A stretch of 64,000 nt of DNA from the NCBI GenBank assembly GCA_965649765.1, contig OZ287748.1, positions 9,300,001 through 9,364,000 on the forward strand, in the 5' to 3' direction. Of the stretch, positions 1-14,053 are shown piece after piece. Within the stretch, counting starts at the first letter, position 1. Each line of letters begins with the position of its first letter. The translations under genes and the position numbers were made by a program. The stretch comes from Bispira polyomma (lineage: Eukaryota). The notes below the pieces were generated by a model. The model was not told the DNA's origin and did not search any database. It saw nothing but the letters and a program-made list of their open reading frames with translations.

Positions 1-284
1 ATCGCCTGGCATTGCCCGTCGCCTTGTAAACATTGCCGGTTTTTTAAATAACTCAAAAATTACTGAAGGTATAAATGTTATGAAAATGTGCTGAGAAAGT
101 TTATTTTATCGGGTATATTGTGCTTTTTGTTGCATCAAAATCGGTTGAGAAATCGCTAAGATATTCAGGTTTGAATACAGGTGTCTATTTTTCTCAAATA
201 CTTGTATGGAAAAAAAATAATTGAAAATTTCCTGTTATACGTCGGCTGGTCGCCTCAGAAAGTTGCCTGCATGGAAACGCTCAC
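1..284. mobile_element. Right part of a PIF/Harbinger-like MITE, truncated by the window edge; same family as 61903-62348
   Basis: Ends in AAAGTTGCCTGCATGGAAACGCTCAC followed by TAA; the body is the reverse complement of 61903-62190. Confidence 0.8.
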
Positions 285-960
285 TAACTATCATTCCCTG
301 TTACCTCTATTTTTTAAAGATTGTACACTTCTTTATGTCATTTAACAAGAACCACCATACAATGAACAGGATATAATAGGTACATACAGTGGAACCCTGT
401 TAAGTCGAATTTGGAGGGACCATAAAAATTTGTTCTACTTAATAGAAATTCTACCTAACTAATTTTAATTAGAAATACAGCAATGGGACCTTACAATAAC
501 TTCCACCTAACAGATAATTCCACTTGTCAGAGTTCTACTTAAAGGGGTTGGATTGAACATAAGTAGAACTGTTGGGAGTGTAATTTAAATAAATTAGGGT
601 CCTTGTTTTGTGTTCTTTCTTTGAATATAGAGTCACATATACTCAGTCCCTGTCAGACCTAAATAACCATTTTTAAAGAGTAAACACTCACAATGGACCC
701 TAACCTATACTTTCTATACTCTACGGTAGGTTTTAATAAAACATTTTCACAAAGAATTGTTTGTTGAGTAGAGGTATGTGCGTGTAAATTCCATGCTGCT
801 ACATCTATGTTAAAAGTGTGCAGACAACACATACACGTACATAGTGAACATTTTCAGTGCAGTGTAAGATCTTTGTGTTATGCGTTGTCATGGAGCGTAA
901 CGTGTCAAGGTCATCGCTATGTCTGACAGCCAATAAGAAATAGCGAGGATCACAACTCAC

Positions 961-979
961 CGATGATGTACTCCATTTC
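961..979 (-). CDS. ARHGAP6: ARHGAP6-like RhoGAP, coding exon 5 (19-nt microexon, (R)KWSTSS); gene continues beyond the window start
   Basis: Minus strand ttttcttttgtatttacAG|GAAATGGAGTACATCATCG|GTgagt; the phase-2 start matches the phase-2 end of exon 2078-2213. Confidence 0.65.
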
Positions 980-1416
980 CTGTAAATACAAAAGAAAAGG
1001 ATAAAAGAATATTTGAGGATTGTTTTTTTTTTTTTTGTTTTTTTTTTAGGGGGGATGAGGTAATTGAACTGAAACATTATGACTTTGCTTGAAATGTTTT
1101 GACAGAGAATTAGTGCAAACAAAAAACCTTGATGCTCAAAAAGAAATCACACAGAGTAATAAGCTATTCCTGACACATCAGTGATTGTATAACTAAATCT
1201 ATCCCTTTTCATTTAGCCTACTGCTGTGAGAATATCCATAGTCAAATCTTTATTATCTGAACTTCTCTTCGAATATTCGCTTAACACAGTTTTAATCTCT
1301 CAAACTTTTCTTTTTCCTGTTGATTTATACTAAAATGCCTCTTCTATTTAACTCTCCCAACATGTTCGGATAATAGAGCTTCCACTATTTGTATTTTTTC
1401 AAAAAAGACTTTGGAC

Positions 1417-1687
1417 TACAGTGCACCCTAAAGGAAAATCAGCCTAACAGAGTTCTACTGAAAGGGGTTTCACTGGAAAATCAGCCTAACAGAGCTCTAC
1501 TTAAAAGGGTTTCACTGGAAAATCAGCCTAACAGAGCTCTACTTAAAAGGGTTTCACTGGAAAATCAGCCTAACAGAGTTCTACTTAAAAGGGTTTCACT
1601 GGAAAATCTGCCTAACAGAGTTCTACTTAAAAGGGTTTCACTAGAAAATCAGCCTAACAGAGCTCTACTTAAAAGGGTTTCACTATA
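1417..1687. repeat. Six tandem 42-bp units (1433-1684) inside a collapsed Tc1/mariner-like MITE
   Basis: Unit GGAAAATCAGCCTAACAGAG(C/T)TCTACTTAAAAGGGTTTCACT x6; left end TACAGTGCACCC; the unit resembles the right ends of MITEs near 385-560 and 18470-18665. Confidence 0.9.
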
Positions 1688-2077
1688 GTTATATACCATG
1701 ACAGTACAAGGGGATCAATAAAACATCACACATACTGTAAAACAAGAAAGTCACACTAGGAATTGATTTAACCATTTTATAGACATAGTAACGTAGAATG
1801 GCGAATATTAATTTCCACTGAAAAATCTGAACTTGGATCGATAATTTAACTGAAAAATAGTCAATATAAAAAAAAATTATTCTAGGAATGGGTATGTAAA
1901 GTTCTGGAATGGTCAAAATTTATTTCACACAGAAAATTTGAACTTACAATTGATATTTGAACTTTAAATAGTCAATAGTAAAGAATAGTTTCAGTGAACT
2001 GCTCCAAAATTATAAATTAGTGAAAGTTTAATATATACATTATTAAAACAAGTCTATTCTAAATCAGGTGATCTTAC

Positions 2078-2213
2078 CTCTCAGATCGGGTAAAGTCCGG
2101 AGCATCCTTGTGCTCTCTGAGTGGACACGGACAACGATGTCCATTCTCTCGGTCACTCACAAGCACTTTGGTAAGGGTCATCCCAAATATACAGCTACCA
2201 GAGGAGGAAGAGT
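2078..2213 (-). CDS. ARHGAP6: ARHGAP6-like RhoGAP, coding exon 4 ((D)SSSSGSCIFGMTLTKVLVSDRENGHRCPCPLREHKDAPDFTRSE(R))
   Basis: AG at 2214-2215, GTaaga donor at 2077; phases 1/2; IFGMTLTKVLVSDR resembles ARHGAP6 AFGMPLSQVIANDR (recalled). Confidence 0.9.
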
Positions 2214-5200
2214 CTACAATAATAAATAAACAAGACAACATTTAATTTTTGACAGAGTTATAAAGGCTTAGTCAAAAGGTTTCCATGTAACAGATGGCTG
2301 AAAACAGATAAACTCATACCATGTTTCCACATATGCATGATTTTCTATGCAACTGATAAAAATATGTTTCTGTGTGTCATATTTTATTCGAATCACATTT
2401 TGAAGATAGTATATTCCACAAGAAACACCCGAAAAATCATCCAATGTTGCCGATTTAAAAACAAACAAACAAAATATCTGAAGCTTCAGTCAACACCTGA
2501 TTTCGCCTTGCACATGGAAGTACCTACCCTGTAAGTATTGGGATAAAAAAACAGGCTGACGTCAGCCAATATATATCTGACACATGGAAGTGTTAGCTAA
2601 GTCTATGACACATTCTGTAAGTAAAAATCCTGTTTCCGGTTCTCCCACATCTTTCGTAATAATCTAAGTATGTATACACTTTTTGCAAGTGCTAAGTGGA
2701 AAAAGAAGTAGAACAAAATATCTCTTGACACACTCTTCATGAACCTAATTTGAACTCTTCATTAACTTTCAACACAGTTAAAAGAATGTTTACACTCGAT
2801 GTATAAGAAAGATTTGTCATTGCCACAAATGAATTATCGTTTACTCTACTTGTAAAATATTATCATGCAAAGGAATACATTTTGAGGGCAATATACAAAG
2901 ACTTATTACTAATGAGTTTAAAAAGGTACATTTATTATATAAACGCACTGTTGCATGGTGACATAACTACTAGGCTATAGACACTCAATTAAGAATCTGT
3001 TATTTAAGACACACAACACAGTTACACTTTTGTTCATGAACTTCCTCTCCCTGTTTTAAAGACGGTTTTGAGGTTTGTGTGAACAATTCAGGAAAAGAAA
3101 TATGTATCTCCTTAAAATATTCTTCAGTTAAATCCACTGTGGTGGTTTACTGGACATATATGGTATTCATCAGATAGAGATTATAACACAATTTTTACGG
3201 GAAACGTCTAATTTGTCACCGACAAATTTGTCACAGGGAATAAAATACTTTAAATGGTGACTAAAGTGACCATATTCAAAAACTGCGGTAACGAAAGTGA
3301 CCCCTTTAAAAATTTTCATGATGAAAATGTCCAATTTAAATAAGTGACAACTGTACAAGTGGCGAAAGAGAATATCAAGATGATTACAGGGTTAAAACAG
3401 TAAAAAAATATAAACCTTGAAGTTACTTTAACTACCTGTACTCGCTACGCATTTGTAAAACTTGCTTAAATTCCCCTGTACAAACTTTTTGAAAAGTGTT
3501 CCATTTTTTTAAGTACATATGTCCCTCTTAATTTTTAGACTCAATATAAACTTTAACAACAATGACAAAAAACCTGAAAACATTAACTTGTGAAATATTT
3601 TTAAAGATAAACAACTATACATATTCATCCAACGAATTTTCTTGTTCATTTATTAATATATGAATATAGATTTTAAACGTATATGATAAGTTAACAGGCA
3701 GATTAACCAGAAGAGCCTATATTTAATGTTTGTCCCTATTATCATCTGAAAGGATAATAGACCCCCATATCTTGTCATTTAAGTCACATCAAAGCTCACA
3801 ATAGGCCACCGGTCAGTGAGGATGGGACCGAGGAGGAGGAGGGTCAATACTAAATGCTCTCAGTGATTCATTGTTCCCCTCAGGACTGACCCTTGATGAC
3901 CACTCACTCCCCCCCACACACACCAGACAAACCAAAAACCTGGCCAAAGATCAGAACAAATTAATCATCTTTCAACAAGGAATAGGGGTGATTTTAAAAG
4001 CCAATACAAAATATAACATTTTGAACTGTTGGCACACATAAACCATAAATATAGGTTTGTATAGTCTTAAATTTTAATAAACATCCTTTTTTTGTTAAAA
4101 GACTATTAAAGTTCCATCACTCGAAGCGTACCATAGTTTATATAAAACCTGGTTTCAATGTCAGATAGCTATAGATATCCCACCAAGTTCTGACCCATAT
4201 ATGTAAAGTGGGTGAACAGGAAGTGAATTGTTTACCTTTCACCCAGTTTTGTTTTCATTCTTTGAGCCTTTCACACAAATCTGCTTGTCTTTGGGATTTA
4301 CCTTTGCCCATAAAAAACGAGGGAATGGTACTTATGTCTGTGGATATAGAGCTCACAATGAACCGCTGTCTTCTCTTTTTAAAGGGATGACAATACAGGG
4401 TTAAGAGTGGCTTTATCACTCAAGTTAAATATCCCCTCCCCCCCCGCCACCCCACCCCCACCTCACTTACTCCACATGTACAATTTTTGCTGTACCATGT
4501 ACCATTTGTTTCCTCTTTATAAACTATAAACAATGTCTCTATACACACAAATCCACTGTACTAGTTGCGATTGCAATAAAAAGTTTTCGCTCCTGGATAA
4601 ATTTTTTTCACATGACACAAAAAAAACACACGGAAGTGATGTGCTGACAATATTTTTAAATTTATATTAAAGTTTGGCGCCAATAATGTTATCCCTGTTT
4701 GAAATGACACTCATTGAGACACAAACCACAACTTTTTATCGCAAATCGTATGAGCATACTTGTGGAGATGTACACAAATGCTGGCGAAGGTGTATGTATA
4801 CTTCATGTCCCCTATATTTTGTCCTATTTTTTCCAAATTAGGTTTTCATTAGATGTACAGGTGATGGCCGCTTTTTCAATGGCTTTAAAAAATTCTGGAA
4901 TCATAGTATAAATGATACTAACGCCCATTTGACTGTAAATATTCAATTCTTAAAACCATTAAAATACCCATTTTAATTCCTTAGATGGGCAGAACACAAA
5001 AACATGATACATGTATCGGTGTATCAAAGCTACTGGTTTTCTAAGAAATACATTTGTTTTGACAGCTGGTATTATGGGGTTTTGATTATTTTTATTTTTT
5101 AGGTGGGGTTGGGGGTGAAAGATTTGTCTCAGCAGCGTTTATGTACACGCCCACATATGTGCTTAAAATATAACAGATAGTTCACGAATTATGCATAAAT

Positions 5201-5257
5201 TAAAGATCAAGGGTTAAATCGCAGATATATTTAAATTTTAATTTTACACCGCTCTTA

Positions 5258-5853
5258 AAGCCAGGTCACACCTACACGTGCTAAAGCTACCTGTGTTTGA
5301 TGTTTTCAATTATTTTAAAACCAAGTACAAACGTAGTAGAAGGCAATGCAAAAGTGAGGATCCCTAGTGCGTTCGTTCCATGACGTTGGTTAACGGAGGA
5401 TATCATTCCTGAAACGTCTCCATTTAGTTCACTGCCACAATTACTTCAAACTGTTTGAAATAATCGTGGCAGAGCTCCCTTTCTCAAGGATGTCTCCACT
5501 CGTCTGTACAAGTAGCTTAACATAGCAGTAAGCAGGGATTCGTCTCCACTCGTCCATGTTCGTTGTGGAAGATTTCACTAGGCAGCAGAACGCAGTCATA
5601 AGTAGCATACAGTAGATCTTTATAGTATTAGGTAGGGATATCCTACCAGTAAAGTGATTGATTTTTGCTTCCGCTTCGTGTGTATAAGTACCAACATTGT
5701 CACAAAAACGTCACAAAACGTCACAATCAACTTCCCCTTGAAAAAAATAAATAAAAATCACGTCACTTTGACACAAAACTAAACTACCACGTTTTCAGGT
5801 TATATGGCTTGCTACGTTGGGGCACGCTAGCATGTGTAGGTGTGACCTGGTCA
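5258..5853. mobile_element. ~600-bp MITE, PIF/Harbinger-like (family copy 1)
   Basis: TIRs AAGCCAGGTCACACCTACACGTG / CATGTGTAGGTGTGACCTGGTCA with TTA on both flanks; homologous to 34741-35342 and 59216-59707. Confidence 0.85.
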
Positions 5854-6743
5854 TTAGCCATTGTTACACAACCACTTGGCTTTTGCGCATGACCCTCAAA
5901 GTTAGAAATTGACCCACAAATTTTATGTTAAAAGGTGATATTGTTATTAGCTGTATAAAAGCATAAATCAGCTGACGTCTGACAAAATAAGTTGTCTGAT
6001 TGACACATATAAAATCTGCTGACGTTGGGATCAGTAACACGCAAGACTAGACTAAGTCTGTATAGGAGAACATTGATAATGTACACCCATGGTTTCTTGT
6101 CCTAGATAGCAGAACACAGATAATCTATATATTCTCTTCTATACAAGTGCTTCCTATGTTTTACATCTTGTATCCTTACAAACTAATTGAAAATCTATAA
6201 AAAACAACCATATAAGTTTCAGCCAAATACAAACTGGACATGAATTTTAAATACATTGTACACACATTTTTCCAAAGTTATTTTTGCAACTACATGCACA
6301 ATTTTGAATGCCTAATACCATCATTGATCAATGCTTTTTACTGCCATTTCTAACTAAGGGGAAGGGAATGATCTGAAAGAACTTTCAAGTGAAACTATAG
6401 GTCCCTGGGAAATTCAGTGGTTGGTTGTTTTTTTACTGTTTTTTGTGTTTTTTGTTAGTTCTCTATCATCAAAAGGCAGAGTATCATAACCTACAGTAAC
6501 CTTTATACATGTGTACTGAGATAACTGGGAACAAAACCAGGGACCTGGTACTGTGTTATAGGGATCTGTGTCTGTGGATCTGCTTTTGTACATCTGAGTT
6601 TCCAAAAAGTCTTTTAGTAAGACAATTGTACCCTGCATTAAATGATCGAGTTCACAAGCAAAAAAAAAAAAAAAAAAAAAAATATTTCCTGCACTGTTTT
6701 TACAAAGTGGAAATTAAGGTTAAAAAAAATGGTGCTTGTGTAT

Positions 6744-6993
6744 TTATGATCTCCACCGAGGAGGTTACGTTTTTGCCTGCGTTCATTCATTTGTTTGCTT
6801 GTCACTAGGATTACACAAACACTAACTAGTGAAACTGATATAGAGGAAACTTTGTGGAAGAATGGGAGGGAATCCATTAACTTTTGGAGCAAATCCTGGT
6901 AAATAGGTGTATCTAGAAATTTGTAATTCAAATTTTGACAAGCAATGTGGCACCATGGCGAAGGTGTGCACTCTACCGAGCGCTGTCTTAGTT
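6744..6993 (+). mobile_element. Non-autonomous Helentron/HINE-like element
   Basis: Starts ATCTCCACCGAGGAGGTTACG, then microsatellite-like TTCATTCATTTGTTTG, subterminal inverted repeat CATGGCGAAGG, and a short hairpin before CTAGTT. Relatives at ~7530-7975 (+) and ~25835-26390 (-). Confidence 0.6.
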
Positions 6994-9900
6994 ATTTTAT
7001 AACACCATACACACACATATTTTCGATCAAAATAATGTACTGGATGCGCCTTAAGTTATACAAGGTACCTGTCATTACATACATTTGTGTAACCATATAC
7101 AAGTATATAACTATATAGACCAGTCAAGGCGAGATCTGGGAAACAAAGTTTTTTGTGACCTTGAATAAAAACATCTCCCTATCTAATTACATGTGTTTTG
7201 TTGGGCCAAGCACCTGAAATCAGACCTGTGTAATTGAATTCAAAACACTGTTTTTCCTGAATTCCTCTATCTCTATGGCCAAAAAAGCAGAACTTCATGT
7301 TGTTATAAAGAAATCTACTCCAATTTTACATATTGAGAGGTTTTATTTCAAAACTGAGAAATTCAATTATAGATTTTGACTGGTGTTAAATTTGCCTCAA
7401 AATCATAAGGACTTGAATTGAAACCTAAGTTTTTACAAGTTTTAACCGTACAGAGATTTTGTCAATAACACGAATCATTTCGTGTCATAACAACATCTCT
7501 TAACCTATGAAAAAAACAATTTTCTCTTGATTAATTTCGCTCAGGAGGTTATGTTTTCACCTGTGTCCGGGTAGTAGCTGGTTTGTTTAAATGGGGTTTA
7601 ACATCGCTTTGACACATCCTGTGTCCTATCACGAAAGGGCAGTTCACTGGTGGAGGAAATCAGAGCAGGGAAGGTGGTCAAAGTTCACTGCCAACTTTTT
7701 CCCACATAAACACCAGGGCAGAGATTCAAACCCATCACCACAAAGGTGGGAGGAGAAGGGAGGCGAGTGTTTTACCACTAAATACCACTGAGGCCCTGTT
7801 AGCTGGTGGCCATGTTTGCTTTAATATTGGTCAGAGTCATGAACCAAGGAAGAACATGTTCATTTTTTGGAGTGGATACGGTTTAAAGAGTGGATCTCTT
7901 GAATTTTTGGAAAAAATTCTGACACTGTTGTGCCTTAGCAGAGGTATGTGGTCTACTGAGTACCCTTTCTTAGTGTATATAATTTTTCTGTCCCTTTACA
8001 ATATCGAAGTATAGAAACAAAAACTTTAGGCTAGGAAAATGGTGACATCATATAAATCTCCAGCATATTCCAGATATTACAACAAATTAACAATGGCCAT
8101 ACTCTCTCTTCATTCTTATTTATAGTATGCCATTTACGTCAGTTAAAGCTGAGATAAGGGGCTTAATTGGTAGTGGTCTGTACATCAATACATTAATACA
8201 ATACTCCTCTACTCTAAAGAGACTTTGTGTCTAAAAACAATTAACACTGACAACAATTTACTGGGTTTTTCTACGTCAGAAAAGGTCAAGATGTTCTCCA
8301 AATCCTACCAGGTTCTGACATAATACACACAAACTGCAGAGAACTGGGACCTGTGTATAAGAAGAAGATGGCAATAATAACCTTGAACGTTTCTGTCTGG
8401 GATTTTGGTATGTTGTACAACAGATTATGTGAATGAATTATATCACAGGGAAAAATGTTACGGCCACCCAATCAGTCGGAGTAAATCACAAAAACAAATG
8501 GGGGGGGGGGGGGGGGGTCAGATGGATGATTGACAGGGAATGTACCTCCCCCTTTCAACAATCCCTGCACATTCTCTCCGTGGATACATACTTCAGGTAT
8601 TACATCAGAGCTTGAGATGATTTCCCATACATGCAGCATCGGACATGCAGTAAAAGCTGCTACAGTAACTTTCATTGGAATATAGCATAAAATTGAAGGC
8701 CCCTCTCTCTAATTTCAGACCCACCCTTGTTAAAAGAAACTTTTATATCACCAAATGCCAATATTTCAGGTACTGCACTAAATGATAATGGTAAATTGTC
8801 ACATCTCTCCTTCAGGTAGTGCGATAAATATTAAAATACATGTAGTAACTTGTAGCATAGTGGCATCCAAATTGCATTGACCTATGGTTAAGTATCAAGA
8901 AATTTTGTGGGCAGTTAAACTCGTTTATACATATCACTGTAATCTTTAACAATATGTTACCACATAGCAACATTGATTTCTTTAAATATAGTTCTCCTGT
9001 TGGAAAAAATGCAAAGTCCTGAGGGTGGTACAGGAAATATTGTAGTTCTATTATGTGGAAGCCCTTAAACTCTGATGAGTTTTGAAAAGCTATATTATAC
9101 CACATATATGCGGATGCCGCATACCGCATAGATGGAAACTTTCCCTTTAGTATATCCTAATACTTAAGCTCAACTCAGACCCAAGCTGAACTCTAAACTC
9201 ATTCTATTGATGGCAAGAGGGAAGATATACAGAAACACAGACTGTATAATTGAATTCAGTTTTGAAATCTCTTATTTAAAAGAATAGTCGTAAGTACTGG
9301 CTGCGTGTATATCATAGAGATATAAAGAAGTTACACCTAACTTTCAGATTGAGTTGAAACTTGAGATCTTTTGCAAAATACAGGTCCTAAAGCCAGGTAA
9401 ATATTTTTAGCTATTCAAAAAAAGTTTAACTTGCCAAAGAAGTAAGTACCAAATATTTACTTAAATATTGTCATGAATTTCATTTCTCACTTATAAAATA
9501 TCATGTGAAGATATTATAGATAGTTGCTATACTCTGAACTACCAGGCTAAAAAGGGGTTATTTTTAACCCAAGATGCACATACTTTCTACCACGATTTCC
9601 CCACTACATAATGTCAACACCCGTTACACATCAATGAACATACATGAAGAAATTTATCATTTTTAAAATTCCTTGTTAGGGCAAATTTGTTTTTATTTTA
9701 AAATAGGAAAGTCCTTATATATGTGTCAAAAATGAGACCAACAAAAAAACATAAAAGGAAAATAGTGTCGAGTGTTTTTGGCGGAATGCCAAATCATGTT
9801 CTACACATAAATATTAATTTTTTTCTATTCAAACTTTCCACAAGGAAGACAGGTAATAATGGGTTTCACCCACAACATGTTGTCACCCACCCTCCCATTA

Positions 9901-12900
9901 TTACAAAGAGATTGTCTTTGTTAATGAAAATGTAGAAATTCTCCCATACACACCCAACTTGGTGATGTGCCACCCACTATAAACTCTCAAGGTTGCATAA
10001 AAAAAGAAATCTATAACTCGCCACTGTATCTGAAATTTGCCACCTACAAAAGGTTGTTTTTGGGTAGAATTGTGGGTAATATTTGCTGAGATTTTTGTGA
10101 CTATTTTGGCTTATTTAACCTAAATTATAGGGTTTATGTCAGTGTTTTATTAATTTGGCTTAAATTTCAGCGGTGGCGAATTTCAGATACAGTGGCGAAT
10201 TTTTGATTTCTTACTCTAAATACCTACGAGATGCTTACTATAATTTATAAATTGAAACAATCTTCTTCCTGGGCTTGTTACAAGGCGGATTACTTTAAAC
10301 AAATTGGCATGAAACTTTTGAAAACAGGTAACAGTTCACAGTTGCAATTCTAGACTTTTGTCCTATTATTTAAAAAAACGTCACTTCAGTTCAAACTGTC
10401 CATTGATATATATTCAAATTCACAACTGTCTTGAGTATAATAAATCTCAAAAAATATGGGCTTTGGACAAGGCTAGATTTCCAGAAGAAATAACTAAAAT
10501 CTGCAATAAGGTTTCAATTTAGAACCAGAATAAATGGTCTTAATTTAATTACTCTAAACGTTTTGCATTAAGATCCAATATAAACAATACAGGTATTCTT
10601 CACCAAAATAGTTTTGGACACAAATTCCCTTGATGTATTGTACTACGATCAACTGGTAAGTATTTATATCAAAAGAATGCATATAAGAGCTGATGGTGGG
10701 ATGAGGGGGGGGGGGGGGGTATAGGGGTGCCTAACAATTATACCCCTATTTTAATTCTCAGTGAGGGAACATTGTGCAGTAAATAGCTTATAAATCACAG
10801 GTATTCACGTCACCATTAATATGTCACAGGGGTGTATTATTTGTGTGAGTCTTTTTTTTGCCTGCATTAGTAGGATTTTTAATGAAAACAAAAGGTCCCA
10901 TATGGAGAGGAAACATATAATACATGGTAAAACCCCTTGGTATTAAAAGTAAGTAATTCCATTGAAGCCATCCTAATCTATTCAAAGTCTTACAACACTA
11001 ACCCCTCTCCCCCCCCCAATTAATACCTAAATAATAGCTATTCTGTTCTGGTTTTTTAAGATGCCAATGGGTTCCTCCTTGTTTATTGTACACAAAAAGC
11101 CTTTTCTTATTACAGAGGACAAAATGCAGGAATTCCTTTGTATATTCTCAAAATCCTGAATTACCAATCAAAGTGAAAACTATGCAGAGAAGAAAGAAAT
11201 GTACATTTACGCATTTACAATAATATCGGGAACTTTACCTGCCAAAAGAAACTTGTTTTTGTTTTGCATTTCTAACGTTTTGGTGTTTTTGTTTTTACTT
11301 TAAAAATAAGACTAAATATTATACTTATAGGAGGTAGACAAAGGGTATTGCATATATCAGATTAGGTTTGTTAATAAAACAAATATATTATCATTGTTTA
11401 TGTTCATAGATGACATCCATAAGAGCAGTAATTAACCTTAATAATTATTTCTGCTACAAATGAAGAATGAACCGAAGACTGTCACATGTGGGAAAACCAA
11501 AGTAAAATAGAGAAGCAAACCATCATTATGTTTTGTCTTTTAATAAAGGTTTACTTTTTATCCAGATCCTTGAAGAAAATCAAAACTGAAGCTAGAGTTT
11601 TATTGGAATAGTAAAGTGAAACTTCTAATATTTCCAATGAAAAGAACCTTGAACAGAACATTTACAGCACAAACACACAAGACCATATCAAAAGAATGAA
11701 TTTTTAAATTTCCATTAGTAAAAATGTCAAACTCATGTCCAGTGTGAAAGAAAGCTTGTGTCTATTTTTTAGTTTCAATGTCTGACAATCTATACCTATT
11801 CATTTATGAATAGGTTATGACCATTAAATCATAATTTATCTCTTAGTCTTGTTCTTCTGATGTGCTATATAAATCAGCTGTGACATTTTCGCTGGCATTT
11901 AATCCTGCATCATGTCATGCAGCTTCGAAAAAAGTTCAACAAAGATTACACTAAAAATCTCCGAAGGACAACAATAGTATAGTGGGGAGGGAAAAAATCT
12001 ATCGCAAGGATAATACCATAAATGAGTGACGTCAATACATGACATCGAGAGGGTTTTAGTGGGAGAAACGCGACAGATAATTAAACAGAAATCAAGGCAT
12101 GGATAATTTTTCGTTGCTTTATCCTAGTCCTGAAATTACTAATATTTATAGTTATAAATAAGCCTTTATGAGCACAGCTTAAGATTTATTATGTACCCAT
12201 AATATTGTAATTCAGTAGAACTTCTAGTATTTCAAACTACTCTTTTCTCTGAATACTCGATTGATTTTACGAACTCCTTTTCTCCTCTTGTAAATTTATC
12301 AATAGTTTTCCCTGTATCGTTTTTAAACTATCATGCTTGAGAGATTTGTCCTTAAATTGATCTACCTGTAGGTTGTATCTGGTATACAAATCTCAAATAA
12401 AATGTTTTTCTTTGACGGCTCAAATACAACCAGTACCAACCAGCACCATTAACTGTCATTCCCAGCCATGAAGATAAGAGGCTTAATGACCATTTATAAA
12501 CATTCTCAAAGGTTCTTTAACCTGCTGCCGATAGGGGGATAGGACCCAATGAGGACAGAGGACCCCAGCTGGGATAGAACCCAGGTCTGCTGCATTCTAA
12601 AGTGAGTGTGTTTAAACCCCAACTAGGCCACTCTGGTCTGGTAAAATAAAGCTCATTCTGTGTACAGCAAGCTTAGTATATCTGAACACATTCTGACACA
12701 TAAAACAATAGACCTGATTTATGTACACCATACATGATGTCTAGATGGCTGTAGGTGGACATGCACACACACTTGCACACTAAAGTGACATTTCTGCAAG
12801 CTGTGACAATGGCCATTACTTGGCTCAAATATCAACTTCCTATATAACTGCGGCATCAGTTTGGACTCAGAGTGCAGTGTTTTCTTTAATCGATACACAT

Positions 12901-13945
12901 TCTATGAAGATCATCCATATTATATTGAACACTCTGACTTTCAAAATGTGAAACTAAATACACCAAACCCTCTTAGTATAAAGAATTATGTTATAGTCCT
13001 ATTCCCTAAAAAGATGCAACACTGGTCAAAACCAGTCCAGAATTTACAATACTTAAGCATTATGGTCATCAGTTTGAGTTTTTGAGGTTTTTGGTTAAGC
13101 AGTGGTAACATTTGCCTGATGTGTACCATAGTTGGTGTTGGAGACACTGTCAAACTACAACAGCTGTGCAGAACAGTGGAATGCAATCTATGTGTACAAT
13201 TGTCTTTTTCTTTTTTTTTTGTATTTGGTCCAGTACAGTCTGGTCTATATCATATGTTACAGGCTGAGATGTTATTAACAAGTCTGGGTAAATGAAAGAT
13301 TCTATCAGCACCAGATTTGAATAAAACTGCAGTTTACAAACAATTTTCTAAAACATATTGACATTGTTGTACACTCTTTTACATTAACTAATTGATTCTG
13401 GCCATACTAAAATGACAAGAATCTAACACTAGTTTTCAGTTTAATAAATAACACCTCCATAACCCATTTTACTGCATGAAGAGTGCATTTTGCTAAAATG
13501 AACCAAGGGACATCACTATGCTACTGGGTACAATTGAAGACGATCTTCTAGTCTTTTAAGAAGGTTGCTTTGACCTACCCTAAATATTAGGTCTTTTAAT
13601 GTTTTTGGAAAAAAAAATCATTACTGAGCCTAAAATAGGTGGTGATTTTTCTGGTTATTAATGCTTCAGAACATTTCAAATTCAAGAAGCTATACCTTTC
13701 AGGGTTTTCTTGATAATGCTTCAACGTTACCTACAGTGAAACACCTCTATTTTCCGAACATGTTGAGAGAGCAATATTTGTTCCGACTAATAGAAGGTTT
13801 ATATAAAAATGAACAAGTCATTTACTATACAAAACAGTTTAGGACAATGTAAAGTTTGAAGAGTAAAAGTGTGTGTTCATAAATAACATCAAATATTTAT
13901 ATAATAGAGGTTCTATTGCATTTAATACTTAAGAGATGGACCAAC

Positions 13946-14053
13946 CTTTTGAGTCTTTGTTCTTCTCTTTGAGGTTGTCCAGCAGTCCACTGGAGGATGT
14001 GGAACGCTTTTTGATAGAAAACATCCGGCTTTTTGACCGCTTACTTTGGCTGT
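13946..14053 (-). CDS. ARHGAP6: ARHGAP6-like RhoGAP, coding exon 3 ((D)SQSKRSKSRMFSIKKRSTSSSGLLDNLKEKNKDSK)
   Basis: tttgtttccAG acceptor, GTtggt donor, 108 nt, phases 1/1; LDNLKEKNKD resembles ARHGAP6 LDSLGKEKNKD (recalled). Confidence 0.9.

Noticed and set aside
1389-1688. 99-aa ORF with 14-aa repeats, and a superficially CRISPR-like array
   Set aside because: A pure 42-bp tandem repeat with no unique spacers, derived from a MITE end; TTG start in an animal intron
9062-9090. CTGATGA...GAAA hammerhead-like core
   Set aside because: No stem II between the motifs and no flanking helices; it is only a small AAACTC/GAGTTT hairpin
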